A DNA stretch of 64,000 nt from Syntrophales bacterium. Lineage in GTDB: Bacteria > Desulfobacterota > Syntrophia > Syntrophales > UBA4778. Every line of letters starts with the position of its first letter. Positions within the stretch are counted from its first letter, which is position 1. A program made the translations under genes and the position numbers. The notes beneath the pieces were generated by a model. The model searched no databases. It saw only the letters and a program-made list of their open reading frames with translations, and was not told the DNA's origin. The stretch is from contig CAXXQE010000001.1 of the NCBI GenBank assembly GCA_963665615.2, positions 265,151 to 329,150 on the forward strand. Direction: 5' to 3'. This document shows, one piece after another, positions 21,379-30,783 of this stretch.

Positions 21379-22211
21379 ATGAAGATTCTTCTGTTAGGTT
21401 CCCAAGGCATGCTGGGGCGCGATCTGGAGGCGACGCTGTCAATCGATCACGAGGTGATCGGCAAGGACATTGACGATTTCAACATCACGTCCCTGACAGA
21501 CTGCCGGGGCGTCATCGAAGAGGCTGCGCCCGATATCGTGATCAACGCCGCGGCCTATACGGATGTGGACGGCTGTGAAGACAATCCAGAGGCGTGTTTT
21601 GCGGTCAATGCCGAAGGGGTGAACAACGTTGGCCTGGTCTGCAAGGAGCGGAATCTGAAACTGGTGCACTTCAGCACCGATTACGTCTTCGACGGCACCA
21701 AGGGCGAGCCCTACATCGAGACCGACGCCCCCAATCCGATCAATGTCTATGGACAGTCCAAACTCCAGGGGGAACTCTATCTGAGGGCGCTGACCGATAA
21801 TTTTCTCATCGTCCGAACCTCCTGGCTTTACGGCAAGCACGGCAAGAACTTCGTCAAGGCGATCGTCAGCAGGGCGCAAAGCGGGGGACCGCTCACGGTT
21901 GTCAACGATCAGGTCGGTTCGCCGACCTCGACCGTCGATCTGTCGCGGGCGGTTAAAGTGCTCATCGAAGAGGGTCATACCGGTCTTTTCCACGTCACCA
22001 ACCGCGGACGATGCAGCTGGTATGATTTCGCCCAGAAAATTCTCGAATATGCCGGTTATCGCGATGTGCCGATCCACCCCATTACGACAGCGAACTAGGC
22101 CGGAAGGCCCTGCGTCCCGCCTACTCGGTTTTGAGTTGCCGGAAGTTCTCCGACAAGTGCCGCAAGGCGATGAGATTCTGGCAGCTGGCTTTGACCGATT
22201 ATCTCCAATAA
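21379..22211 (+). CDS. rfbD: dTDP-4-dehydrorhamnose reductase; frameshift near 22090
   Basis: GSQGMLG, NAAAYTDVD, STDYVFDG, YGQSK, VNDQVGSPT; C-terminus (ALRPAYSVL) in a shifted frame. Confidence 0.93.
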
Positions 22212-22378
22212 AGGCTGTTGCATGCCCCATGTCTTTTTGTTATTGTCAGCCAGCCGCTGTCCGGGAGCGATGCTTGAATTCTTCGGCGAGCGAATCAGAA
22301 CAAAACATTTTCCTTGGGAATCGCAGATTCACCGGAGCTTGCTCTGGGGAGTCTTCAATTGAGGGAGTTCGAAGAACG

Positions 22379-23239
22379 ATGAAGGTGAAACGACATACCG
22401 TTGCGGGCATTGCGCTTTTGCTTCTGCTTCTGGCTTTTCCCGTTATTCATATGTCCGGCGTTGCCTGGGCGCAATCGGGCGATGTGATCGAATCGGTCGG
22501 TGTCAACGGCAAGATCAACTGGACCGCGGGAACCATAGAATCAACTGGAAGCGGCGTCCCGCCGGAGAAATACTTCGGCAAGCCTCAGGCTCGTGTCATG
22601 GCCCAGCGCAGTGCACAGCTGGAGGCTTATCGCAACCTTCTTGAAGTTGTTAAGGTCATTCGCGTCGATACGGCCCTGGTGGTCAAGGATTTCATGTCTA
22701 TCAGCGAGAATGTTCGCACCAGGGTCGAAGAGCTGGTCAAAGGGGCCAAGGTGGTTCGCCGGGACTACCTGGCGGACGGAACGGTTGAGGTGACGGTGAG
22801 TCTCTCCCTTCGGGGCGACTTTGCAGAGATGGTTCTCCCCATCGTTTCACCCGGCATGCAGTCATCCGGGGCTGCACCGGTCACTCAGCCTGCGCCAAAC
22901 GCGCTGACGGGCCTCATTGTGGATGCCCGCAATATTCAGGCGCGGGCCGCCCTGTTTCCAAAAATCGTCGATGAAAACGATCAGGACGTCTATGGCTTTA
23001 CAATGGTTGACCGCGATTATGTGATCCAGCAGGGGATGAGCGGGTACCTGAAGGACCTGTCGGCGGCCCAAACCAATCCGAAGGTTGCGCCCAATCCGAT
23101 CGTCGTCAAGGGGATCAAGACGAATGGGCCGGGTAGGGTCAGCATCGTCATTTCCAACGACGATGCGCAAAAGATTCGAGCCTCCGCCGACAGTGTTGCC
23201 GTTATGAAGAAGGCGAAAGTTATTATCATCCTGAATTAG
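22379..23239 (+). CDS. Exported LPP20-like domain protein
   Basis: Signal peptide, GKINWTAG, AQLEAYRNLLE, TGLIVDAR, PKIVDEN. Confidence 0.7.
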   Translation: MKVKRHTVAGIALLLLLLAFPVIHMSGVAWAQSGDVIESVGVNGKINWTAGTIESTGSGVPPEKYFGKPQARVMAQRSAQLEAYRNLLEVVKVIRVDTALVVKDFMSISENVRTRVEELVKGAKVVRRDYLADGTVEVTVSLSLRGDFAEMVLPIVSPGMQSSGAAPVTQPAPNALTGLIVDARNIQARAALFPKIVDENDQDVYGFTMVDRDYVIQQGMSGYLKDLSAAQTNPKVAPNPIVVKGIKTNGPGRVSIVISNDDAQKIRASADSVAVMKKAKVIIILN

Positions 23240-23249
23240 AGGGGAGGCA

Positions 23250-24143
23250 ATGAAGAAGGACACCTATCGCATCGCCGTCATACAGGCCCGCTTGAATGGA
23301 TGCTTTGATGAGAATCTCGAGACGTGCTCGGCGATGATCCGTCAGGCGGCGAAAGACGGGGCGAAGCTCGTCTGTCTGCCGGAACTCTATAGTTCCTTCT
23401 ATTTCTGCCAGAGTGAGAATACCGATTATTTCGATCTGGCGGAACCTCAGGACGGTCCGTCCTTTCAAGCTTTCAGCGCCTTGGCGAGCGAGCAGAAGGT
23501 CGCGGTGATCGTTCCCTTCTTTGAACGACGATCGGCGGGGATCTACCACAACAGCGCCTGCGTCATCGATGCGGACGGCAGCGATCGGGGACTCTATCGC
23601 AAGATGCACATTCCCGACGATCCGTCTTATTATGAAAAATTCTATTTCACGCCGGGCGATACCGGCTTTAAGGCATTCGATACCTCTGTCGGCAGGATTG
23701 GCGTGCTGATCTGCTGGGACCAGTGGTATCCCGAGGCGGCGCGGATCGTCGCGCTGCAAGGCGCCGAGGTTCTGTTCTATCCTACTGCCATCGGCTGGCA
23801 TCCCCGCGAAAAGGCGCAGTATGGCGTCAAACAACATGACGCCTGGGAAACCGTCCAGCGCGGCAGCGCCGTGGCCAATGGCCTATACGTGGCTGTGGCG
23901 AACCGGGTCGGCTTCGAGCGCCCCGTCGAAACGTCGGATGGAATCGAGTTCTGGGGCGGTTCATTCATCGCAGGGCCGCAGGGCGAGATCATCGCCAAGG
24001 CCTCCCACGATTCCGAAGAGATTCTGGTTGCCGATATTGATCCCGCATACCTTGAAGAGGTCCGGCGCAACTGGCCCTTCTTCCGCGACCGGCGGATCGA
24101 TGCTTATGGCGACATCCTCAAGCGCTTCCTCGCAGGCGGTTGA
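23250..24143 (+). CDS. aguB: N-carbamoylputrescine amidohydrolase (nitrilase family)
   Basis: LPELY, YRKMHIPDDP.YYEKFYF, ICWDQWYPE, WPFFRDRR; adjacent to agmatine deiminase. Confidence 0.92.
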   Translation: MKKDTYRIAVIQARLNGCFDENLETCSAMIRQAAKDGAKLVCLPELYSSFYFCQSENTDYFDLAEPQDGPSFQAFSALASEQKVAVIVPFFERRSAGIYHNSACVIDADGSDRGLYRKMHIPDDPSYYEKFYFTPGDTGFKAFDTSVGRIGVLICWDQWYPEAARIVALQGAEVLFYPTAIGWHPREKAQYGVKQHDAWETVQRGSAVANGLYVAVANRVGFERPVETSDGIEFWGGSFIAGPQGEIIAKASHDSEEILVADIDPAYLEEVRRNWPFFRDRRIDAYGDILKRFLAGG

Positions 24144-24254
24144 AACGGCTCATCTGCTGCGTTACGCTTCAGCCTGCGGTGCTCACGTATTGACATATAC
24201 GCTCTGCTCCTCGGCCGAAGCGATGCCTTGCATCTGAACCCTTTGAACCGCCCG
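24133..24254. mobile_element. MITE-like repeat family B, copy 2 (degenerate)
   Basis: CAGGCGGTTGAAA ... TTTGAACCGCCCG; internal GGCTCAT.TGCTGCGTT, TGCTCACGTA and GCCTTGC shared with the copy at 12227. Confidence 0.7.
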
Positions 24255-24278
24255 TAACATTATCCTTTTTGGTGAATC

Positions 24279-25337
24279 ATGAATAAGCAAACCGCAAAAA
24301 ACAATGCCAGACGACTGCCCGCGGAGTGGGAAAAACATCAGGGAACCCTCCTGTCCTTCCCCTATGAGGGACGCGACTGGCCCGGAAAATATGCTGCCGT
24401 TGTCTGGGCTTTTGTGGAGATCGTCCGCAAGGTCGCCGCCGTTGAGCCCCTATTCCTGGTTGTCCGGTCGGCGGACCAGCGAGCGCGCGTTACCGACATG
24501 CTCGAGCGGGCGCATGCCAATGTGAAGAATGTCTCGTTCATTATTCAGGATACCAACCGCAGCTGGATGCGCGATTCCGGTCCGCTCGTCGTCAAGACGT
24601 CCGGCAGCAGGCGCGAGGCGTTGCAATTCAAGTTTAACGGCTGGGCGAAATACCAGAATCACCGCAAGGATCAGGCGATCCCCGGCGCGGTAGCGCAGCA
24701 TCTCGGTTTGCCGTTGACGAAGGCCATGTACGGCGACCGATGGGTCGTCCTCGAAGGCGGCGCCATCGACATCAACGGTTGCGGGACGCTCTTGACCACC
24801 GAAGAGTGCCTGATGGACGACCGCCAGCAGGTGCGCAATCCCGGCTTTACAAAACAGGATTATGAAGCGATTTTTTACGAGTACTTCGGTGTGACCAACA
24901 CCATCTGGCTCGGCAAGGGAATCGAAGGGGACGATACCCACGGCCATGTGGACGATATCTGCCGCTTTGTCAATCGCAATACTGTCGTGGCCTGCCGGGA
25001 GGCGAACCGCAGAGACCCCAATCGCCGTCACCTTGAAGAGAACCTCGAACGCCTGAGCGGCGCGCGCCTGGAAGACGGCAGCAAACTCAATGTGGTCACC
25101 GTGCCGATGCCGGAGCGGCTCGATTTCGAAGATCTGCGGCTTCCCGCCAGTTACGTGAATTTCATGATGACCAACAAGTCGATCCTCGTCCCGACCTTCA
25201 ATGATCCCAACGATTATAAGGCCCTGGGGGCCCTGACGGCGTTGTTCCCGGATCGAACAGTTATCGGCATTGCCGCGATCGATCTCATCTGGGGGCTAGG
25301 AACTCTTCATTGCCTCAGTCACGAAATCCCGGCGTGA
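24279..25337 (+). CDS. aguA: Agmatine deiminase
   Basis: LPAEWE, WMRDSGP, LEGGAID, DDTHGHVD, ASYVNF, GTLHC. Confidence 0.95.
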   Translation: MNKQTAKNNARRLPAEWEKHQGTLLSFPYEGRDWPGKYAAVVWAFVEIVRKVAAVEPLFLVVRSADQRARVTDMLERAHANVKNVSFIIQDTNRSWMRDSGPLVVKTSGSRREALQFKFNGWAKYQNHRKDQAIPGAVAQHLGLPLTKAMYGDRWVVLEGGAIDINGCGTLLTTEECLMDDRQQVRNPGFTKQDYEAIFYEYFGVTNTIWLGKGIEGDDTHGHVDDICRFVNRNTVVACREANRRDPNRRHLEENLERLSGARLEDGSKLNVVTVPMPERLDFEDLRLPASYVNFMMTNKSILVPTFNDPNDYKALGALTALFPDRTVIGIAAIDLIWGLGTLHCLSHEIPA

Positions 25338-25572
25338 TCGGTTATTGTTTTGGCTTCTCCCATGTTCACAACCAGAAGTGAACAGCACCTTTCCGCTATC
25401 TCAGAAAAAAGCAGTCCCGCCCGCATCTGTCATAAAGACTGGGACGTATTTATAGACGGAGTAATAATCTGGCGAGATGGCAAATTGGCCGGAACGATGT
25501 AAGGTTTTTTGAGGAAAAACCCATAAGCTCATAACGGTATCAAATCAGAAACCATCACAAAGGTGATTTCCC

Positions 25573-26904
25573 ATGAGAATGGTAAGCAAGTCTCTTTCCA
25601 TGTTGTTTGTTGCGGTGCTCTTGCAAGGCATGCTGGCGGGCGGAACCGCATCGGCTGCCAAGCCGGAGGGCAACCAGCCGCCGTTGCCGATGCCATCGTC
25701 GGAAGCCCAGAAGGTCTATGCGGCCGCCAGAAAAGACCTCCTGCAACTGCGCGTCTTGATGAGAAACGGGCGGATCCAGAACAGCGTCGGCTCGGGGTTT
25801 CTGGTCGATCAAGGCAATCTGGTGATCACCAATTATCACGTTGTTTCGCAGATCGCCCTGGAGCCGGAGACGTATGTCGGCGAGTACGTCGATACGGAAG
25901 GGCGTCGCGGTCCCTTCGATCTGATTGCAGTAGACGTGCTTCACGATCTGGCGGTTGTGCGTGTAGGTGTCAGTGGCAGCGGATATTTCGATATCCCTGG
26001 GAATCTGCCGACCCTGGTGCAGGGGCAGCATCTCTATTCTCTCGGCAATCCGCTTGACCTCGGGTTCGCCATTTCAGAGGGCGCTTACAACGGCGTCATC
26101 CGGCGCGGATTTTACGAACAACTGATGTTTACGGGGCCTATCAATGCAGGGATGAGCGGCGGCCCGGCGGTGACGGTGGACGGGCGTCTGGCGGGCGTCA
26201 ATGTCTCGAAGCGCCTGGACGGCGAACTGGTCAGTTTTCTGGTGCCCGTCCAGTATGTGAAGGACCTGTTGAGAAAAGCGGATCCGCAGAAGATCCCGAG
26301 GGACTTTAAGGCCGTTGTCGGACGCCAGCTCTTAACGCATCAGAACCTCGTGGTGAGCCGGTTTCTGGATAACCCGCTGGCCGTCAAGACGCTTGGGGGC
26401 TATCGGGTGCCCGTGAACGAATCGGATCAGATGCGATGCTGGGGACGTTCCAATAACAGAAAAGACGCCATGTACACCCTCGATCAGATCAGTTGCACGA
26501 CGGAGGCGGATATCTTTGTCTCAGACCGCTTGCAACTTGGCCAGGTATCCATCAAGCACGATTACCGGTCGAGTTCGAAGCTCGGCCCATTGCGGTTTTC
26601 CGCCTTGGCGGCCAATGCCTTCAAACGCGAGGGCTTCGGCGGTTACAAGGATCGCGAAAAAACGGCACCGCAGTGCAGCGAACGGTTTGTCAACCCCTCG
26701 AAATTGCCGTTGCGCGCGGTGGTCTGCGTGCGGGGTTATCGCAAATTTTCCGGATTGTATGATTTTTCGGTGCTCACGACCTCGACGGACGACAGCGCGA
26801 TGAATCTCCAGAGCCGCCTGGACATTCGGGGCGTTTCATACGAAAACGGCCTGCGCTTTGCCCAGGCGTTTATCGAATCGATCGGAAAGGAGAAGAAACC
26901 ATGA
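25573..26904 (+). CDS. Exported trypsin-like (S1) serine protease with a C-terminal extension
   Basis: Signal peptide, GSGF, TNYHV, HDLA, GMSGGP catalytic triad. Confidence 0.9.
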   Translation: MRMVSKSLSMLFVAVLLQGMLAGGTASAAKPEGNQPPLPMPSSEAQKVYAAARKDLLQLRVLMRNGRIQNSVGSGFLVDQGNLVITNYHVVSQIALEPETYVGEYVDTEGRRGPFDLIAVDVLHDLAVVRVGVSGSGYFDIPGNLPTLVQGQHLYSLGNPLDLGFAISEGAYNGVIRRGFYEQLMFTGPINAGMSGGPAVTVDGRLAGVNVSKRLDGELVSFLVPVQYVKDLLRKADPQKIPRDFKAVVGRQLLTHQNLVVSRFLDNPLAVKTLGGYRVPVNESDQMRCWGRSNNRKDAMYTLDQISCTTEADIFVSDRLQLGQVSIKHDYRSSSKLGPLRFSALAANAFKREGFGGYKDREKTAPQCSERFVNPSKLPLRAVVCVRGYRKFSGLYDFSVLTTSTDDSAMNLQSRLDIRGVSYENGLRFAQAFIESIGKEKKP

Positions 26905-27884
26905 CAGGGCCTTTCTTCATCGAAGTCCTTTCCAGACACGGAGACGTGAGATACCGCCAGCGCGTGGAGACCCTGCCGGTCCGCATCGGGCGCGCCTATG
27001 ACAACGACGTTATCCTGGACGATCCGGCCATATCGTCGCATCACCTGCAACTGGAGCAAACCGGGGAAGGCGGACTCATTGTTCGGGATCTGGGCAGCGA
27101 AAACGGGATCGTTTGCAAGGGGGCGCAAAAGAAAGACCTTGAGATAGACGGCGATACGATCTTCCGGATCGGCCACTCGTCGCTTCGCGTCCGGTCCGCC
27201 GATTTTGCCGTCGCACCCGAGAAGAAGCTCTCAACGTCCCGTCGCGTGGAAGGCTGGCGAGCGGCCACAGCCGGTCTGACCATGATCGTGGGGCTGACCC
27301 TCATCAGCACCTGGGTGACCGATACCGAAAAATTTGAGCTCCTGCGTTACGTCGGCTCGACGTTCGCGATGCTGATCCTCGGATTGCTGTGGTGCGGCAT
27401 CTGGGCGTTTGCCACCCGTCTGTACAGCGGCAGGGCGCAGTTCGGGCGCCACCTGTTTATCGCGGCGAGCGCACTGGTGTGCATGGACCTCTGGGGGGTG
27501 GCGAGCGGCCTCACCGCTTACGCCTTCTCTCTCGAATCGCTCTCCCGATACGGCAATCAGGGGGCGATCGTTGTCGTCGCTGTCATGATTTTCTTCCAGC
27601 TCATGACGGTCAATCCGCATCTCAAACGGACGCTGGTGGTCGTCAGCGTGGTGGTGGCCTTAATGGGATCGAGCGGCGTCCTGATGATGAACTACTATCG
27701 CTACAACCGCCTCGCCGACGAACTCTATATGTCTTATCGATTTCCGCCGATCGTCCGGATAAGCGGCGACAAGCCGGTTGCCCAGCTCATCGCCGATACG
27801 AAAAAGTTGAAGGCTGACATCGATCGCGACCGCACCAAGCCCGTCGCAACATCTGACGAAGACGATACAGGGGGGGAGGATTAA
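26901..27884 (+). CDS. FHA-domain membrane protein
   Basis: IGRAYDNDVIL, ISSHH, DLGSENG, then about 5 TM helices; ATGA overlap with the protease gene. Confidence 0.88.
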   Translation: MTGPFFIEVLSRHGDVRYRQRVETLPVRIGRAYDNDVILDDPAISSHHLQLEQTGEGGLIVRDLGSENGIVCKGAQKKDLEIDGDTIFRIGHSSLRVRSADFAVAPEKKLSTSRRVEGWRAATAGLTMIVGLTLISTWVTDTEKFELLRYVGSTFAMLILGLLWCGIWAFATRLYSGRAQFGRHLFIAASALVCMDLWGVASGLTAYAFSLESLSRYGNQGAIVVVAVMIFFQLMTVNPHLKRTLVVVSVVVALMGSSGVLMMNYYRYNRLADELYMSYRFPPIVRISGDKPVAQLIADTKKLKADIDRDRTKPVATSDEDDTGGED

Positions 27885-27912
27885 AAAAGAGTGACGAGTC
27901 ACGAGGGACAGG

Positions 27913-27987
27913 TGATGGTCCTGTAAAAAGTCAAAGGGAATGAGGATGACAAGATCGCTCTCTGCCGCTCAGAAATCTTTTTCCGTC
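27913..27987 (+). mobile_element. MITE-like repeat family A, copy 4 (left portion only)
   Basis: TGATGGTCCTGTAAAAAGTCAAAGGGAATGAGGATGA matches the reverse complement of the end of copy 1. Confidence 0.8.
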
Positions 27988-28032
27988 CGGCTGCTGAAGG
28001 CTATGAGGCTTCGGCGCATATTAGACGGCGGC

Positions 28033-28494
28033 TCACGCATTGAGTCGCCACAGCGCAAAATTCAGACACAGGGCGAACCCAACCCAAAGCACGTAAGGCA
28101 GCATGAGCGCACCAGCCCGCCAATCCACACGCCAGAAGAGAACCATGTCTATCAGGATCGCAAGCCACAAAGCCACGATGTCGAAAAATGCGATATCGGC
28201 TCGATGCAGTCCGAAGAACAGGTATGACCAGAGCGCATTGAGAACCAACTGGACGACGAACAAAACCAGCCCGGCTCTGCCACTGGCGCGTCGCCAGACG
28301 AGCCAGGCTGCCACAGCCATCATGCAATAGAGAGCCGTCCAGACAGGGGCGAAGATCCCATCCGGCGGAGTCCAGGCGGGCTTAGCGAGCGCTGCATACC
28401 ATGCGCCCGGCATATAGCGCGAACCGACCCAGGCGGCAGCGAACGTAATCCCCAGCCATCCCGCCAGTCCTGACACACTTCTTGTAGATCCCAT
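28033..28494 (-). CDS. tspO: TspO/MBR tryptophan-rich sensory protein
   Basis: WYAALAKPAWTPP, FAPVWTALY, LNALWSYLFFG, PYVLWVGFA. Confidence 0.95.
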   Translation of the reverse strand: MGSTRSVSGLAGWLGITFAAAWVGSRYMPGAWYAALAKPAWTPPDGIFAPVWTALYCMMAVAAWLVWRRASGRAGLVLFVVQLVLNALWSYLFFGLHRADIAFFDIVALWLAILIDMVLFWRVDWRAGALMLPYVLWVGFALCLNFALWRLNA

Positions 28495-28750
28495 GTTTGA
28501 GCGCCAGTGTAACATGTGAGGTACGGGCCACCCGTTTTCGCCGATCAGATCTTTTTTTCTTTGGAATGAACAGCGTCCTTCCGCAATATCGGCAGAAAAT
28601 GCGCTTCCGCCTGCTGCCGAGGTTCGGATTTTATTTTATTGCGGAAATAGTACCTTGACAGACAATTTCAAATTAACTCTTGGCTTGAAGACTTCACCTA
28701 CTAATCAAGCATAGGATCTGAGAGATTTTTTGGAGATTACGGTTAAAAAG

Positions 28751-28813
28751 GTCTAACACAAAGCTTACTGGGAGTCGACTGTTTCGACGATCCAGTGCAG
28801 CACCGGGTTATTC
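28751..28813 (-). other. attC site of cassette 5
   Basis: Minus strand GAATAAC (contains the stop codon)-N5-GCTGCAC...GTAAGC-N5-GTTAGAC. Confidence 0.8.
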
Positions 28814-29563
28814 AAATATGTTTGCTCCAAATATGTTGTTGAATTTCTCTGTGACATCAGACACTTTTCGCCTCAGTTCGATCAGGAAGTCTCGAAAATA
28901 CAGAGATGTGAAACTGAATTCGTCTCCGAGCTCTGCGAGCTTTCTTTTGGCCTTCTCAATATCCTCGGGTACCGTAATCGATAACTTGGGTGAGTATCTT
29001 GGAAATTCAAAGAATGCCATCGATATACCGAAGCCAAAGTAGCGTTCGAGGAGAATGTAGAACTCCTTCCGTTTATTCTCATCAAGTTGGCCTAAATGGC
29101 GTTCTCTTCGAGAGTTTATAGGTTCGACATACTGAGTGAGGGCGTCAACGATGTCACCAACTTGTGGAACGAAGAACTTTTCGTACCACACAGAGAAATA
29201 CCTCCTTTGAAACTCCTCATATGTTAAGCCAACAATATTAGTACTCTTGGTATACTCAACCGCACCTGCTTGCAGCCCTTTTTGTGAAATGATGTAGCCA
29301 ATGTTACCGCCCACCTCGTGCATAACGGTGGTAAAACTATGGACGACGGTTTGGGGAACTGCCGTTAACCAATTTTTGCACTCGACAATGTACCTAATCT
29401 TATCCACGCTATTCTCGTCTACGGCATATACGTCGATTTCCACTGTTCCCCGCGGAGTAGAGAGAACCTTGCCGACTTCGGCATTGAGACCGATTTCGTT
29501 AAAGAGGCGACATACTCCGTGCTGCAACTCTTGCCACGTGTGAGGGAATGGGTTCTCAATCAT
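28808..29563 (-). CDS. Mrr-cat / PD-(D/E)xK restriction endonuclease-like protein (cassette 5)
   Basis: TWQELQ, VEIDVYA, IVECKNW, GLQAGA. Confidence 0.8.
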   Translation of the reverse strand: MIENPFPHTWQELQHGVCRLFNEIGLNAEVGKVLSTPRGTVEIDVYAVDENSVDKIRYIVECKNWLTAVPQTVVHSFTTVMHEVGGNIGYIISQKGLQAGAVEYTKSTNIVGLTYEEFQRRYFSVWYEKFFVPQVGDIVDALTQYVEPINSRRERHLGQLDENKRKEFYILLERYFGFGISMAFFEFPRYSPKLSITVPEDIEKAKRKLAELGDEFSFTSLYFRDFLIELRRKVSDVTEKFNNIFGANIFE

Positions 29564-29582
29564 TAGTTCTCTGTTCTCAAAT

Positions 29583-29643
29583 GCATAGCTCCTCGCGATC
29601 ACCGGCCCGCGGAAGGCGGATCCTGCGGATTGCATTGTCGGGC
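29583..29643 (-). other. Degenerate attC site of cassette 4
   Basis: GCCCGAC-N5-AATCCGC...GTGATC..GCTATGC; correct position and size but non-canonical R boxes. Confidence 0.6.
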
Positions 29644-29647
29644 TATT

Positions 29648-30175
29648 TTATCTGGCGATCACCCTTAGGATAGACGTAGGCCATCGCTCTCCGTACCTTA
29701 TGAAAAACTCGACAGTTGAGTGCTTCACTGTTTCGTAATTGAATTTGACTTCTACAAAACTGATTCTATTATTCTTTATCAGAAGAAGATCTGGCGTCCC
29801 ATTTTTCTCCTTGACCATATAGGAAAGCTCTTGGAATTCGGCTGGCGGCATCAGCATCTTTAATCTCTCGATAAGCCTTTTGTCACCCTCGGTGATTTTT
29901 AAAGCAAAGTCCTGCCAGTAAAATTCAACTCCAATGCATCTGTAGCCACCGTTTACCCTAGATCGATAGACCTCATAGCCTTTTTCTTTGAAATAATCTT
30001 CCGCAATCTGTTCGGCCTTATCTTTTTTAGTTGCTTCAATTTCATGATATGGAATTTTCGATAATTCATAGTGAAACAACTGTTGAAAATCGGAAAATAA
30101 CGCCAGCTTATCTGCCTTTTCCATGGATGAGAATCTATCTCTGTCTATGGTTATGGTTTTCTTATTTCTTCCCAT
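29648..30175 (-). CDS. VRR-NUC-like PD-(D/E)xK nuclease (cassette 4)
   Basis: GTPDLLLIKNNRISFVEVK. Confidence 0.72.
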   Translation of the reverse strand: MGRNKKTITIDRDRFSSMEKADKLALFSDFQQLFHYELSKIPYHEIEATKKDKAEQIAEDYFKEKGYEVYRSRVNGGYRCIGVEFYWQDFALKITEGDKRLIERLKMLMPPAEFQELSYMVKEKNGTPDLLLIKNNRISFVEVKFNYETVKHSTVEFFIRYGERWPTSILRVIAR

Positions 30176-30192
30176 AAGTCGCTTCTCTTAAT

Positions 30193-30247
30193 GCCTAACG
30201 AAAAAATCAGCCGGAGCGAAGCTGTTGGCTGGATTTTCTCGTTAAGG
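30193..30247 (-). other. attC site of cassette 3
   Basis: CCTTAAC GAGAA AATCCAGCC...GGCTGATT TTTTC GTTAGGC; extra unpaired base in L''. Confidence 0.9.
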
Positions 30248-30775
30248 CCCTATTTTGTTTTCATTTCGGAGAAAGGAAAACCTCTCGGCCCTCTTATCGT
30301 TATGAAGAATATCAAACTGCAACTTACAGGTACTACATGAATTCCTGCATTCCTCGACAATCTTATTAACTCTTGGCAAGAGTGTTTCAGATTTCATGTG
30401 GAGTATTTTTGCATTTCTTGACAGTTCCTCAAGCTTTGCAGGTCCAACAATGAATGGTAATTTATTTATTAGTTCTTGCTGACTTTCACAAAGATCGATT
30501 GTTTGCGTCATGTCGTGAATAAGCCCATCAACTTCTTCTCTGCATATATCCGCAGATGGATTCATTTCCTTAAGCCGCGCTATCAGCTTCTCGAACAGAA
30601 TGCCGGTTTCTGCGAGTTTTAGACCGATGTCGGTCTTTTTCATTGCTCTGGACAGGGCAGTATTAGAATTTGATATCTTAATGGAATTGAGGAGGCTCAA
30701 AAATGCAACAAGAAGAGCTACAACAGAAATCTGTGTAGAAAAAGGCTGCTTAATTATGTAATCGATGAATTCCAT
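30242..30775 (-). CDS. Hypothetical protein with N-terminal TM and helical domain (cassette 3)
   Basis: Open frame bounded by att sites; ISVVALLVAFLSLL hydrophobic stretch. Confidence 0.7.
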   Translation of the reverse strand: MEFIDYIIKQPFSTQISVVALLVAFLSLLNSIKISNSNTALSRAMKKTDIGLKLAETGILFEKLIARLKEMNPSADICREEVDGLIHDMTQTIDLCESQQELINKLPFIVGPAKLEELSRNAKILHMKSETLLPRVNKIVEECRNSCSTCKLQFDILHNDKRAERFSFLRNENKIGP

Positions 30776-30783
30776 TTCTTTTG

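Noticed and set aside
13828..22211. Pseudogene or programmed-frameshift calls for gltX, truA, rfbD and the carboxyltransferase
   Set aside because: Motifs are intact on both sides of single-base indels; sequencing error is more parsimonious
21899..22378. N-terminal 160 aa of the 446-aa ORF
   Set aside because: Overlaps rfbD; the real start is probably the signal-peptide ATG at 22379
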